From: Oculatellaceae cyanobacterium bins.114
GTDB taxonomy: Bacteria > Cyanobacteriota > Cyanobacteriia > Elainellales > Elainellaceae
Direction: 5' to 3'
DNA length: 64,000 bases
Assembly: GCA_033764315.1 (NCBI GenBank)
Contig: JANRJA010000018.1
Span: 17,496-81,495 of the forward strand
The notes under the pieces: model-generated
Databases searched by the model: none
The model's input: only the letters and a program-made list of their open reading frames with translations
Told to the model about the DNA's origin: nothing
Position numbers and translations under genes: made by a program
Shown: positions 33,615 to 43,644 of the stretch, piece after piece
How positions within the stretch are numbered: the first letter of the stretch is position 1
Layout of the letters: every line of letters starts with the position of its first letter

Positions 33615-35260
33615 AGCGTTACCACCTCCCGAATCAAGGATGGATAGGACGAAACAGGCGTTATATCGGGCTTGACCCAGACCTGTTCTAATCCGCCACT
33701 GAGAAGCCGATGAGCTTGATTAGCATCGGTTTGAGGATAGTCCGATCGCTTGTGCATCCCCCGTGACTCTTGCCGCTGCAAGGCGGTGGCATACATCCAA
33801 CGAGCTGTTGCTAACAGGGCGATCGCCTCCCGTCCTCGAATTTCGTCTGCTTCTGAGATAGAAAGCTGGCACACCTCACGCCACAAGGCATGCAAACGAG
33901 CGAGGGAATCGGTCAGGGTTGCTTCCTGGCGAAACAGGTTGCGATCGTAAGGAAAGACTTCTGCTTGCACCGATCGGATCAATTCTTCTGGCTGCAACAC
34001 CTTAGACGGAGTGGTTTGGGTCGTTTGACTGACTCGATATAGATCGCGAGTAGCAGCTTTAGAACCGAGCGATCGCGCAAACAAAGCAGCCGCCTTACCC
34101 GACCAAACCCCCGACGAAAACGCCCAGGCAACATTCAAACTGCCACCCCCCGACACGCCTCCACAGATCACCTCGCGGCTGGCGGCATCTCCTGCTACAT
34201 ACAGACCTGGAATGGACGTAGCGCAGGTTTCGTCGATCACGCGGATGCCTCCGGTGCCCCGAACCGTGCCCTCTAGCCGCAGGGTGATGGCAAACCGTTG
34301 GGTAAAAGGATTAATGCCCGCGCGATCAAACGGCAAGAAAAAGTTAGGCTGAGCCGTTCGCATCATCGCCTGCGTCACATCGTCTGCCTCCAATTGGGCA
34401 TAGACGGGTTGCGAGAGTAACGCACGAGCAATCAAGGGTCTGCCCTTGCCTGCGTTTGCCCCTTCGATCGGGGTGCCATCTTCGTAGGTAAATTTTGCCC
34501 ATCGATAAAAGGCATTTTTGGTGACGGAGGCAAAAGTCGGCACAATGCCGTACACATTTGAGAACTCCATCCCCGACAGATCTGCTCCCGCCTCAGCTGC
34601 CATCAAGTAGCCATCTCCCGTCAGGACGTTGCAGCCTAATGCTTTGCTCAAAAAAGCACAGCCCCCCGATGCAATCACTACAGATCTGGCTTGCACCCGC
34701 CAGCGTTTGCCTAATTGCCGCTGGATTCCGGTTGCCCCTGCGACTACACCATCGGACGTCACTAACAATTCCAAAGCGGGACTGTGATCTAAAATATCGA
34801 CGCCGACTTTGCGGATCTGCTTTCGCATCCGCCGCATATATTCTGGACCCTGGAGCGATCGCCGATAAATCTGCCCCTGATCATCCAGCGGAAAGGGATA
34901 GCCCCACTGTTCTAGCCAATGAATGCACTCGTAGGTCTGGTCTAACACGCGACTCATCCACTGGCGATCGCACAGTTCACCCCCTAACTCCAATCGTTTG
35001 GCGATCGCGGCTTCCCGTGCTGCCCTATCCGGAGGAACATACCAGACCGTATTTCCAGAGGGAGCCGCCGCCCCACTGGCACCGCAATATCCCTTATCCA
35101 CTAAAACGACTTGCGCTCCATTAACCGCTGCACTCCAGGCTGCCCAGGTTGCCGCCGGACCTCCACCAATCACCAGGATATCGGCTTGAATCACAACATC
35201 GGCATGGGTAAGCGTGGACTGATTGAAAGCACGCTGACGATTAACCATCCTAAATTTCAC
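33611..35260 (-). CDS. FAD-dependent oxidoreductase of the SdhA/FrdA/AprA superfamily (AsfA-like)
   Basis: DILVIGGGPA, PGLYVAGD, RQESRGMHKRSDYP; overlaps the ferredoxin start. Confidence 0.85.
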   Translation of the reverse strand: MKFRMVNRQRAFNQSTLTHADVVIQADILVIGGGPAATWAAWSAAVNGAQVVLVDKGYCGASGAAAPSGNTVWYVPPDRAAREAAIAKRLELGGELCDRQWMSRVLDQTYECIHWLEQWGYPFPLDDQGQIYRRSLQGPEYMRRMRKQIRKVGVDILDHSPALELLVTSDGVVAGATGIQRQLGKRWRVQARSVVIASGGCAFLSKALGCNVLTGDGYLMAAEAGADLSGMEFSNVYGIVPTFASVTKNAFYRWAKFTYEDGTPIEGANAGKGRPLIARALLSQPVYAQLEADDVTQAMMRTAQPNFFLPFDRAGINPFTQRFAITLRLEGTVRGTGGIRVIDETCATSIPGLYVAGDAASREVICGGVSGGGSLNVAWAFSSGVWSGKAAALFARSLGSKAATRDLYRVSQTTQTTPSKVLQPEELIRSVQAEVFPYDRNLFRQEATLTDSLARLHALWREVCQLSISEADEIRGREAIALLATARWMYATALQRQESRGMHKRSDYPQTDANQAHRLLSGGLEQVWVKPDITPVSSYPSLIREVVTL

Positions 35261-35361
35261 TCACCTGATACATTTGGGGCTATAGCAAATCTTGGCAAAG
35301 ACAGATTGAGCCAGAGTTGATGGACAATGCTTCACCATTACCCGTTGATCAACAGTTCCGG

Positions 35362-36165
35362 TCAAGCTCCCACCAGCGTGCCTGCCAAAGGCTTCGAGGC
35401 ATCCGCTTGATCCGCTGTGGGGTCTGTGTTTTCTCGCTGCATCACCCGATCAAGAACCGTTTGGGCGATCGCACTGAAGGCAGGGCTGTTGGGGTGGCGC
35501 GGACGGGGCAATGTCACGGGAACATTGAGGGCGATCGTTCCCTGATCAATCAATACAATGCGATCGGCAAGCAACACCGCTTCTTGAATATCGTGTGTCA
35601 CCAAAACAGCCGTAAACTGCTGCGTCTGCCACAACTGTTCCACCAACCGTTGCATTTCCAGCCGAGTCAGGGCATCCAATGCCCCTAGCGGTTCATCGAG
35701 CAACAGCAACGACGGTTCACTGGCGAGTGCCCTGGCAAGAGAGACTCGTTGCCGTTGACCCCCTGACAAAAACGCCGGATAGTCTCGCAATTTGTCACTC
35801 AACCCCACCTGATGCAGCACTCGTTCTGCTCGTTTGCGCCAATCTTGACGGTGATTTAGCAAGCCCATGCCCACATTTTCGAGAACTCGTCGCCAGGGCA
35901 GTAATCGTGGCGTTTGAAACATCACTCGTGTGGTTGGTTCCAACGCTTTTAAGGGTTTGCCATTCAGTAACACCTCTCCTTCACAAGGTTGCTCTAACCC
36001 AGCTAACAATCGCAGCAGCGTGCTTTTGCCACAACCACTGTGTCCCACGATCGCCAAGAACTCTCCTGGCATCACCTCTAACGCCACATCCTGCAAAACC
36101 CGATTGGCTCCATAGGTTTTTGCCAACCTCTGAATGTTGAGGTGGGTTCCATAACCATGCTGCAT
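35362..36165 (-). CDS. sulfonate-type ABC transporter ATP-binding protein (SsuB-like)
   Basis: GHSGCGKST, LSGGQRQRV, DEPLGALDALTR. Confidence 0.9.
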   Translation of the reverse strand: MQHGYGTHLNIQRLAKTYGANRVLQDVALEVMPGEFLAIVGHSGCGKSTLLRLLAGLEQPCEGEVLLNGKPLKALEPTTRVMFQTPRLLPWRRVLENVGMGLLNHRQDWRKRAERVLHQVGLSDKLRDYPAFLSGGQRQRVSLARALASEPSLLLLDEPLGALDALTRLEMQRLVEQLWQTQQFTAVLVTHDIQEAVLLADRIVLIDQGTIALNVPVTLPRPRHPNSPAFSAIAQTVLDRVMQRENTDPTADQADASKPLAGTLVGA

Positions 36166-36493
36166 AATTCAATTCCTTCCATGCGCGACTGTCTCAACTG
36201 CGGCTTACTCAAAAGATGTAAGGTTTTGAGCAGCATCAAGGGACATCTCAAGGTAAACTACGGTATCTCGATCAAGATTTAGATGATTAATGAGGTGAGT
36301 ATCACATAGCTCAAACGAAAACGCAAGTAGACGAACAAAGATCCTTTAACAAGCAGTAAAAGCCTTTTTTAAAGCCGTTTTAGGAATGGTGTAATCGAAA
36401 AACTTGCCAGCAAGTGAAGAACTATGAGACACTTCTTTTTCAGAAAATACTAAATCTTGGTCAACTTATCGTAGTTTAATTTAGGAGGTTTTT

Positions 36494-37099
36494 ATGCCCA
36501 GGACAGAATCGACTATGCTGCCCTTGGGGACAGTGGCTCCCGCTTTTTCATTACCCAATGTCGCCACCGGAGACCCCGTTTCACTTGACACCTTTGATGG
36601 CTCAAAGGCTTTGCTGGTGGTGTTTGCCAGTCCTCACTGTCCGTTTGTGCAACATGTAAAGTACGAACTTGCCCAATTAGGACACGACTTGATTGAGCAA
36701 GGTCTGGCGATCGTTGGCATTAGCTCGAACGATGTGGCGCAATATCCTGACGACGCCCCAGATCAGATTCAGGCATTTGCTCAAGCCGTAGATTTACCAT
36801 TTCCGTTTGTGTTTGATGAGAGTCAAGAGGTCGCCAAAGCTTATCAGGCGGCTTGTACTCCTGACTTTTTTCTGTTTGATGGCGATCGCCGTTTGGTCTA
36901 TCGGGGGCAATTAGATAGCAGTCGTCCTGGTAATGAGATTCCGGTTACAGGTCAAGATTTGCGTGAGGCGATCGCGGCTGTTCTCACAGGTCAACCTGTT
37001 TCAGCCGAACAAAAACCCAGCATCGGCTGCAATATTAAATGGAAACCTGGTAATGAGCCTGTGTATTACGGCGCAGCTTCAGCAGTAGCCACAAAGTAG
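36494..37099 (+). CDS. thioredoxin-fold (AhpC/TSA-like) protein
   Basis: HCPFV, ISSND, AACTPDFFLFD, SIGCNIKW. Confidence 0.88.
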   Translation: MPRTESTMLPLGTVAPAFSLPNVATGDPVSLDTFDGSKALLVVFASPHCPFVQHVKYELAQLGHDLIEQGLAIVGISSNDVAQYPDDAPDQIQAFAQAVDLPFPFVFDESQEVAKAYQAACTPDFFLFDGDRRLVYRGQLDSSRPGNEIPVTGQDLREAIAAVLTGQPVSAEQKPSIGCNIKWKPGNEPVYYGAASAVATK

Positions 37100-37228
37100 T
37101 TAGAAAGTATCGACGTTAAAAACAGGGTACATCTCTCAGTCCAATTCCTCTGTCAGACAGGCTTTGCTCAACATCTACTCAACATCTATTAGTTCTCATT
37201 ATTCACTACAATCAATATCTAATAAACA

Positions 37229-37894
37229 ATGTCTAACAAAACAATTGGTCTAGATCAGTCGCTCTATAATTACTTGCTATCTGTTTCTCTGCGAGAACCC
37301 GAAATTCTGTTTCGCCTGCGCGAAGAAACAGCACGTCACCCCAGAGCCAATATGCAAATTGCGCCAGAACAAGGGCAATTTATGGCACTCTTGTTGCAAT
37401 TGATAGGGGCAACTAAAACATTAGAGCTAGGAGTCTTTACAGGATACAGTTCTCTGTCAACAGCATTGACATTGCCTGACCACGGCAAGATTGTGGCCTG
37501 TGATGTGAGTGAAGAATTTACCTCAGTCGCTCGTCGTTATTGGCAAGAAGCTGGAGTTGCTCACAAAATTGATTTGCGGTTAGCCCCTGCTTTGTCAACG
37601 CTTGATCAGCTATTGGCTGAAGGTCAAGCAAACACCTTCGACTTTGCCTTTATTGATGCTGACAAAGAAAACTATCTCCATTACTACGATCGCGTGCTGC
37701 AACTGATCAGACCAGGGGGATTAATCGCCATCGACAATGTGCTCTGGTCAGGGCGAGTGGTTCAACCGGATGCCAATAATTTAGGCACTACCGTCTTACG
37801 CGAACTGAATCAAACGTTGCATCAAGATGAGCGTGTGAGTTTGAGCTTAGTGCCGATTGCCGATGGCTTAACTCTTGCTCTCAAGCGGGCTTGA
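37229..37894 (+). CDS. SAM-dependent O-methyltransferase (CCoAOMT-like)
   Basis: LELGVFTGYS, FIDADKENY, DNVLWSG. Confidence 0.92.
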   Translation: MSNKTIGLDQSLYNYLLSVSLREPEILFRLREETARHPRANMQIAPEQGQFMALLLQLIGATKTLELGVFTGYSSLSTALTLPDHGKIVACDVSEEFTSVARRYWQEAGVAHKIDLRLAPALSTLDQLLAEGQANTFDFAFIDADKENYLHYYDRVLQLIRPGGLIAIDNVLWSGRVVQPDANNLGTTVLRELNQTLHQDERVSLSLVPIADGLTLALKRA

Positions 37895-38087
37895 CCCTCG
37901 ACGGCTAAGCTCACCGTTGAAGCTAGAAAATCGACAAATCAGCAATTGAGAACTCAGGAAATCCTGAGTTCTAGGGTTTGTAAAGCTAGTTGAGAATCGG
38001 GAACCCCAGAACAAACCGTTGCATCTATACATTTCTACGCAATAATACTGGGTACATCCCTCTTAACTCAACCACTAGCCAAACCGC

Positions 38088-38735
38088 ATGGAGAATTTGG
38101 AGGAACAAATTCGTCAGTGGGTGATCGAAGCATGCAAACACCCATCTGGTAGCCCCACTCGCCAACGATATTTGACGAAAGTGATTCGTTATACCACTCA
38201 CAAGCTGTGGCGAGAATCTAGTCCCTATTATCAAGATGCGCTGCAACAAACCTGGGTTTATTTTTGCCAAAATGTTTGTGAACGGGGCACAGGAGAACGC
38301 TATGACCCCGATCGCAGTAGTGTAACAACCTGGCTTAACTCCTATCTCAAGCGGCGATTACAAGATTTCTTTATTGATACTCAAAAACAGCAAGCCCGCA
38401 AAGCCACAGGGCTAGCTCAATTGTCGCGATCGGGCAACCACGACCTGCTTGACCCACTCGACACCGTTGCGGCTGAGCCAGACGTGCCTCCCATCCTCGA
38501 CGAAGTCAGAACCTGGGTTGAGACAGATGCCACTGAGGAACTCCGTCGTGTTTGTATTGAGGGGCATCCTGCGGTCAATTGCCAATTGCTCATTTTGCGT
38601 CGCCTGCCGCCTGAAACCAGTTGGAAAGACCTGGCAAGCGAGTTTGGGTTATCGGTTTCAACCTTGAGTAGTTTTTATCAGAGACAATGTTTGCCACGTT
38701 TGCGTAAATTTGGCGAGTCAGAGGGATATCTGTAA
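38088..38735 (+). CDS. sigma-70-like/HTH regulator
   Basis: YYQDALQQTW (region-2-like); C-terminal HTH SWKDLASEFGLSVSTLSSFYQRQC. Confidence 0.7.
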   Translation: MENLEEQIRQWVIEACKHPSGSPTRQRYLTKVIRYTTHKLWRESSPYYQDALQQTWVYFCQNVCERGTGERYDPDRSSVTTWLNSYLKRRLQDFFIDTQKQQARKATGLAQLSRSGNHDLLDPLDTVAAEPDVPPILDEVRTWVETDATEELRRVCIEGHPAVNCQLLILRRLPPETSWKDLASEFGLSVSTLSSFYQRQCLPRLRKFGESEGYL

Positions 38736-38743
38736 AGGAGGGC

Positions 38744-39751
38744 TTGACTATGACCTACAGTACCCACGACACCGAATCGTTTGCGTTACCATTACCCATC
38801 ACTCAACGCGCTCAGCACTTGGCACAACAATTTGCCAACCAACAGCCGACCCCTCAAAAAGCCGAACAGGTTAGGCTCAACACGCTGGCCGTGATGGTGA
38901 TTCACGATTATTTAGAAATGCTGGGCATTGCCACTGATCCGCTTCAGAGTGATAGCTGGAACCCAGTCATCCGGTTATGTGCAGACGTTGCTGATTTACA
39001 AATTGTGGGCTTAGGTCGTCTGGAATGCCGCCCACTCGCCTCGGCTGAGCCAATCTGCCCCATTCCCCCAGAGGTTTGGGAAGACCGGGTTGGCTATGCC
39101 ATTGTACAAATCGGCCCGCAATCTGAAAACGCTAATTTGTTAGGGTTTGTGCCTACTGTGGCGGATGAGGGATTGCCGTTGAGTCAGTTGCGATCGCCCG
39201 AAGAGTTGCTCGACCACCTCGATCGCCTCTTACACCCTGTCACTCAAACCACCCCGACTCCAGGAGTCACGACATCGCCCGAACGAGCCTTGATTGCCTT
39301 GGGTCAGTGGTTCCAAAATCAGTTCAGCGAAAGCTGGCAAGCCATAGAATCGGTGCTCAATCCTCAAAATCTTACCTCTGCCTATGGCTTTCGGAGTGTC
39401 GCCAGTACAGCCGCAGCCCCGCAAGAGGCTTCTAAAATTGGGCGTGCCAAGCTGATTGATTTAGGAATTCAGTTTAATCGTCAACCCGTTGCTCTGGTCG
39501 TCGAATTGCAACCTGCCGCAAATCAGACTACTCAAGTGTGCTTGCAAGTACACCCCACGCAAGATCAACCTTACTTACCTGCAAATTTGCGCTTAACCGT
39601 TCTTGATGAATCAGGAGCAACCTTTTTAGAGGCTGAATCACGAGTAGCAGATAACTATATTCAACTGCAATTTAGCGGAAACTCTGGGGAACGGTTTGGA
39701 GTTCAAATTACCCTGGGTGATAGTAGTGTCTTCGAGGAGTTTATGATCTAG
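38744..39751 (+). CDS. DUF1822-family protein
   Basis: LNTLAV, GRLECRP, ANLLGF; C-terminal VHP...YLP..L.LTVLDESG...DNYIQLQFSG..GERF. Confidence 0.8.
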   Translation: MTMTYSTHDTESFALPLPITQRAQHLAQQFANQQPTPQKAEQVRLNTLAVMVIHDYLEMLGIATDPLQSDSWNPVIRLCADVADLQIVGLGRLECRPLASAEPICPIPPEVWEDRVGYAIVQIGPQSENANLLGFVPTVADEGLPLSQLRSPEELLDHLDRLLHPVTQTTPTPGVTTSPERALIALGQWFQNQFSESWQAIESVLNPQNLTSAYGFRSVASTAAAPQEASKIGRAKLIDLGIQFNRQPVALVVELQPAANQTTQVCLQVHPTQDQPYLPANLRLTVLDESGATFLEAESRVADNYIQLQFSGNSGERFGVQITLGDSSVFEEFMI

Positions 39752-39882
39752 CCGATGGGGGAGTAGCAGAGACGTGATTAATCGCCTCTCTCCGAGTACA
39801 GACGCGATTGATTGCGCCTGTACGGAATGGGAAATTCCCCATTTCCTTAAGGAAAATGACACGGCATGATGGAGCAGCAGTC

Positions 39883-42252
39883 GTGGGTAAGGTCGTCGTC
39901 TTAAAATTTGGAGAAGGTCGCTTTCAAGAAGGGTTTCTGGTCACATTGCAGATCGGAGAAGAAGGCGATCGCCCCTCAGTTGAAGTGACTGGCAGATTGC
40001 CTGCCGCTCCTGACCTGCTGCAAATTTATCAACGATGGCAACAGACCTATCGTCGATTGGGGGTGCCTTCTCGCCTCGAAGCCCCTGCTGCTCAAGTGAC
40101 CAATGTTGCTCTTTCGGGTGATTGTGAGGAGGCAGCACACCAGTTGCGCGATCGCTTTAGTACCTGGCTGCAAGCCGAGTCATTTCGTCCGATTCGAGAA
40201 AAATGGTTAGAACAGCTCTCCCCCAGTGACGAAATTCGCGTGATCCTCCAGAGTGCTGACCCAGGCTTGCAATCTCTGCCCTGGCATCTGTGGGATTTGT
40301 TGGAGCGTTATTCTAAAGCGGAAGTTGCCCTCAGCATTCCCGCCTATGAACGGGTCAGTCAACCTCGTCTCCCCAGAGGCGTCGTCAGGATCTTAGCCAT
40401 CTTGGGGAACAGCACGGGGATTGACGTCCAAGCCGATCGCCGCTTATTAGAGCAGCTCCCGGATGCCGAAATCTCCTTCCTCGTCGAGCCGCAACGCCAA
40501 GACTTAACCGACCGTTTGTGGGAGCAACGCTGGGATATTTTGTTTTTTGCCGGACATAGCGTCACTCAAAAAAATGGTGAGGCAGGACAAATTCACATCA
40601 ACCCCACTGAGAGCCTGACCATTAGTCAACTGCGCTATGCCCTCAAAAAAGCAATGGAACGGGGGTTAAAGTTAGCGATTTTTAACTCCTGCGATGGGTT
40701 AGGGTTAGCCCGCGAACTGGCAGACTTGCATATCCCGCAGTTGGTAGTGATGCGCGAATCAGTGCCTGACCGCGTGGCTCAAGCATTTCTAAAATACTTT
40801 TTAGCCGCTTTTTCTAAAGGGCGATCGCTTTATTTGGCAGTGCGTGAGGGACGCGAACGCTTGCAAGCCCTAGAAGAACAATTTCCTTGTGCCACCTGGC
40901 TGCCTGTAATTTTTCAAAACCCGGCAGAGATGCCCTTTACCTGGCACAGTTTAACCGGAAGGCAGTATTTTGATACAGCGATTCGAGATCTGTTACAGTC
41001 ACCGCGATCGCCCCACACATCTCACGGGCAACCCTCTCTCAAGCGATCGCTGATCAGCAGTCTGGTGGCGGCTATCCTCTTGACTGGGATGCGATATCTA
41101 GGACTGTTGCAGGGAATGGAGCTGGCGGTTTTTGACCGGATGTTGAGCTTGCGACCAGACGAAGGCACCGATCCTCGGATTTTGTTGATCACGATTGATG
41201 ACAACGACATTCAGTCTCAACAAGAACGCACAGGCTCTCTCTCAGAGCCAAGCCTACAAGCCCTGCTCGACAAACTAGCACCCCATCACCCACGAGTCAT
41301 TGGGCTGGATGTCTACCGCGATTTCTCAGTAGAGCAAGCAGACCTTGCCACTCGCTTGCAACAAACGGAATCTCTCATTGCCATTTGTAAGGCGGGTGAT
41401 CCAGATGGCAACGCCAAAGGCATTGCTCCACCGCCAGAGGTGCCTGCTTCACGGATTGGGTTCAGCGATTTTGTCGAAGATGACGATGGCAGTGTGCGTC
41501 GTCACCTGCTGTTTATGAGTGCTGATCCAGCTTCACGGTGCACAACCCCCTATGCCTTTAGCACCCAAATTGCCTTTCAATATTTAGTGGCAGAAGGCAT
41601 CGTTCCTACCTTTACTCAAGATAAAGATTTGCGGTTTGGCGACACCGTGTTTTACAGCTTGCGATCGCGATCGGGTGGATATCAAGCGATTGACGCGAGA
41701 GGGAGCCAAATTCTGCTCAATTATCGTTCTACCGACCGAATTGCCGCCCAAGTATCGCTCACCCAGGTTTTGCATAACGAGGTTGATCTGAGTGTTGTCC
41801 GTGACAAAATTGTCCTGATTGGGGTCACAGCTTATAGTGCTGGTGATTATTGGGTCACACCCTATGGCACCAGTTCTGCTGAAAAGCTGTCAGGAGTCGA
41901 GGTGCAAGCTCACATGATTAGCCAGATGTTGAGTGCTGTCTTGGACGATCGCCCCTTATTGTGGGTTTGGAATGTCTGGGTTGACGTGATCTGGATCGGC
42001 ACTTGGGCCGTGATCGGTGGCTTGCTAGCTTGGCGGATTCACTCGTTTCCCTACTTGGGGCTAGCGATCGCCATCTTCTCTAGTCTGCTCGGTGGTGTTA
42101 GTGTCGCTGTCCTGATCCACGGCGGATGGCTGCCCGTCGTGCCTGCTATTTTAGCCATGACTGGCAGTGGCATGCTTGTCTTGCTAACTCGCCCAACTGT
42201 AGCCCTAAGTGCGTCTGCCTCGACCTCTGCCCCCACTCAAAAACCTTTCTAA
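39883..42252 (+). CDS. CHAT (caspase-like) domain plus CHASE2 sensor membrane protein
   Basis: LFFAGHS and IFNSCDG (His/Cys dyad), TM segment, CHASE2 motifs (PRVIGLDVYRD, GVEVQAHMISQ) and three C-terminal TMs; probable GTG start at 39883. Confidence 0.85.
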   Translation: MGKVVVLKFGEGRFQEGFLVTLQIGEEGDRPSVEVTGRLPAAPDLLQIYQRWQQTYRRLGVPSRLEAPAAQVTNVALSGDCEEAAHQLRDRFSTWLQAESFRPIREKWLEQLSPSDEIRVILQSADPGLQSLPWHLWDLLERYSKAEVALSIPAYERVSQPRLPRGVVRILAILGNSTGIDVQADRRLLEQLPDAEISFLVEPQRQDLTDRLWEQRWDILFFAGHSVTQKNGEAGQIHINPTESLTISQLRYALKKAMERGLKLAIFNSCDGLGLARELADLHIPQLVVMRESVPDRVAQAFLKYFLAAFSKGRSLYLAVREGRERLQALEEQFPCATWLPVIFQNPAEMPFTWHSLTGRQYFDTAIRDLLQSPRSPHTSHGQPSLKRSLISSLVAAILLTGMRYLGLLQGMELAVFDRMLSLRPDEGTDPRILLITIDDNDIQSQQERTGSLSEPSLQALLDKLAPHHPRVIGLDVYRDFSVEQADLATRLQQTESLIAICKAGDPDGNAKGIAPPPEVPASRIGFSDFVEDDDGSVRRHLLFMSADPASRCTTPYAFSTQIAFQYLVAEGIVPTFTQDKDLRFGDTVFYSLRSRSGGYQAIDARGSQILLNYRSTDRIAAQVSLTQVLHNEVDLSVVRDKIVLIGVTAYSAGDYWVTPYGTSSAEKLSGVEVQAHMISQMLSAVLDDRPLLWVWNVWVDVIWIGTWAVIGGLLAWRIHSFPYLGLAIAIFSSLLGGVSVAVLIHGGWLPVVPAILAMTGSGMLVLLTRPTVALSASASTSAPTQKPF

Positions 42253-42257
42253 CTGTT

Positions 42258-43076
42258 ATGAAATATCGCGCGGCGATCGCCCTTATCCTGCTCAGTTTAA
42301 TGCCCGTCACAGCCCCTGTTTTGGCATATCCGACCTTGGCTCAATCCCTTCTAAAACAAACCCCTCCTCCGCCGCCTGATCGGGGTGCTCCGGGCGATCG
42401 CCTGCGAGGTGGAGCCGTCTGGTACACTCCCCCTGCACCCCCTGACCGAGGTATGCCAGAAGGACGCACGAGAGGCGGAGCCAGTCGGGGCAATTGCCCA
42501 CCCTCTGTTCAATCATTGACAGCCCTTGCCCCCTCTACCCCAGTCAATACCCCGGTCACTCGAAATTCAGTTTGGGGCTTAACCACCGTTGAGCATCCTA
42601 CCTTTTGGTTCTACGTTCCCTATGCAGCCACTCCTGACTTGCCTATGGAGTTTGTTTTGCTAGACGAACAAGACACCCTGATTTATCAGACTGATTTAAC
42701 CGTGACCAGCCCTGCGGGAGTGATTAACATTACCCTGCCCCCTACTGCGCCACCCCTAGAAGTCGGCAAAATGTATCGCTGGTATTTTCTGGTTTACTGT
42801 AGTCCCGAAAATCCCATCTTCACGCAAGGTGGCATTCAGCGCATGACTCCCACCCCAGAATTGGCGACTGCTTTACTGCAAGCTGACCCACGAGAGCAGG
42901 CAGCCCTCTATGCCTCTAATGGCGTCTGGTTTGATGCCCTCACCACAATGGCAAGACTACGACAGGCAGAACCCAACAATCCGGCGATCGCCACTGACTG
43001 GACAAGCCTACTGCAATCAGGGGGCTTAGAGGATGTCGCCCGACAACCTTTTGCCCCCTGTTGCACTCCTCACTAG
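42258..43076 (+). CDS. DUF928-family secreted protein
   Basis: Signal peptide, GGASRG, PTFWFYVPY, GVWFDALT. Confidence 0.85.
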   Translation: MKYRAAIALILLSLMPVTAPVLAYPTLAQSLLKQTPPPPPDRGAPGDRLRGGAVWYTPPAPPDRGMPEGRTRGGASRGNCPPSVQSLTALAPSTPVNTPVTRNSVWGLTTVEHPTFWFYVPYAATPDLPMEFVLLDEQDTLIYQTDLTVTSPAGVINITLPPTAPPLEVGKMYRWYFLVYCSPENPIFTQGGIQRMTPTPELATALLQADPREQAALYASNGVWFDALTTMARLRQAEPNNPAIATDWTSLLQSGGLEDVARQPFAPCCTPH

Positions 43077-43498
43077 GGCAGAGAGCAGGGACTCAACACA
43101 GCTACTAACCCGACATCTCGGCATCAGCATAGCCAGATGCAAGCAGAAGAGCAGCAATTGCCAGTTTGAAAATCGGTTTGTTAGACCTGAGACAGACTTG
43201 CGCAACCCCCGGTATGTTGAGAGAGTGGTAGACCGTGAACCCCACCTAAATCGTGAGCAGGTAAGCAGGGTGCTAGCCGCAAATCATCGGTGCTGCATAG
43301 CGCAAAGTTATCAATTGGCATCCAAGATAAAGTTGCTATGTATCTCCTTAGGAACCAGAAAATAGGCGGAAAGATTCTTGCTATTTAGCTTAAACGACAA
43401 TTATGCGGAAATAATCTATATAAGTAGTAGATTTGGGCGTTAGGCATGAATCATGCTGCCTATCTACCCCAAATTGGGATCTTAGGCAGAAAATTTCA

Positions 43499-43517
43499 GT
43501 CTAATAACTTGTTAGGC
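43499..43517 (+). other. candidate attI site (inverted box GTCTAAT, 5-bp spacer AACTT, core GTTAGGC)
   Basis: Same geometry as the integron attI simple site; GTTAGGCGCAA (43511-43521) is the exact reverse complement of TTGCGCCTAAC (44378-44388) at the first attC. Confidence 0.65.
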
Positions 43518-43644
43518 GCAATCATTGGAGAACTCTTTTAGAAGAGCGCAATTATTAACCCAGCAATCAAAGTCGTAAAGGAAGATTCAGTGCTTTAGGG
43601 GACTCCAAGCTAAAAAATGCTAGAACAACGGGTACCAATTTAAT

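Noticed and set aside
34558..36140. Long antisense ORFs over the oxidoreductase and ATPase genes
   Set aside because: Shadow ORFs opposite well-supported genes, with no motifs
36256..36280. Possible sulfur-regulon operator (AACTACGGTATCTCGATCAAGATTT) upstream of the sulfonate operon
   Set aside because: Single instance, weakly palindromic; needs comparative data
43033..43450. Possible integron integrase remnant upstream of the attI-like site
   Set aside because: The frames I translated by hand gave only short ORFs with no tyrosine-recombinase motifs; the 110 aa + strand ORF looks spurious
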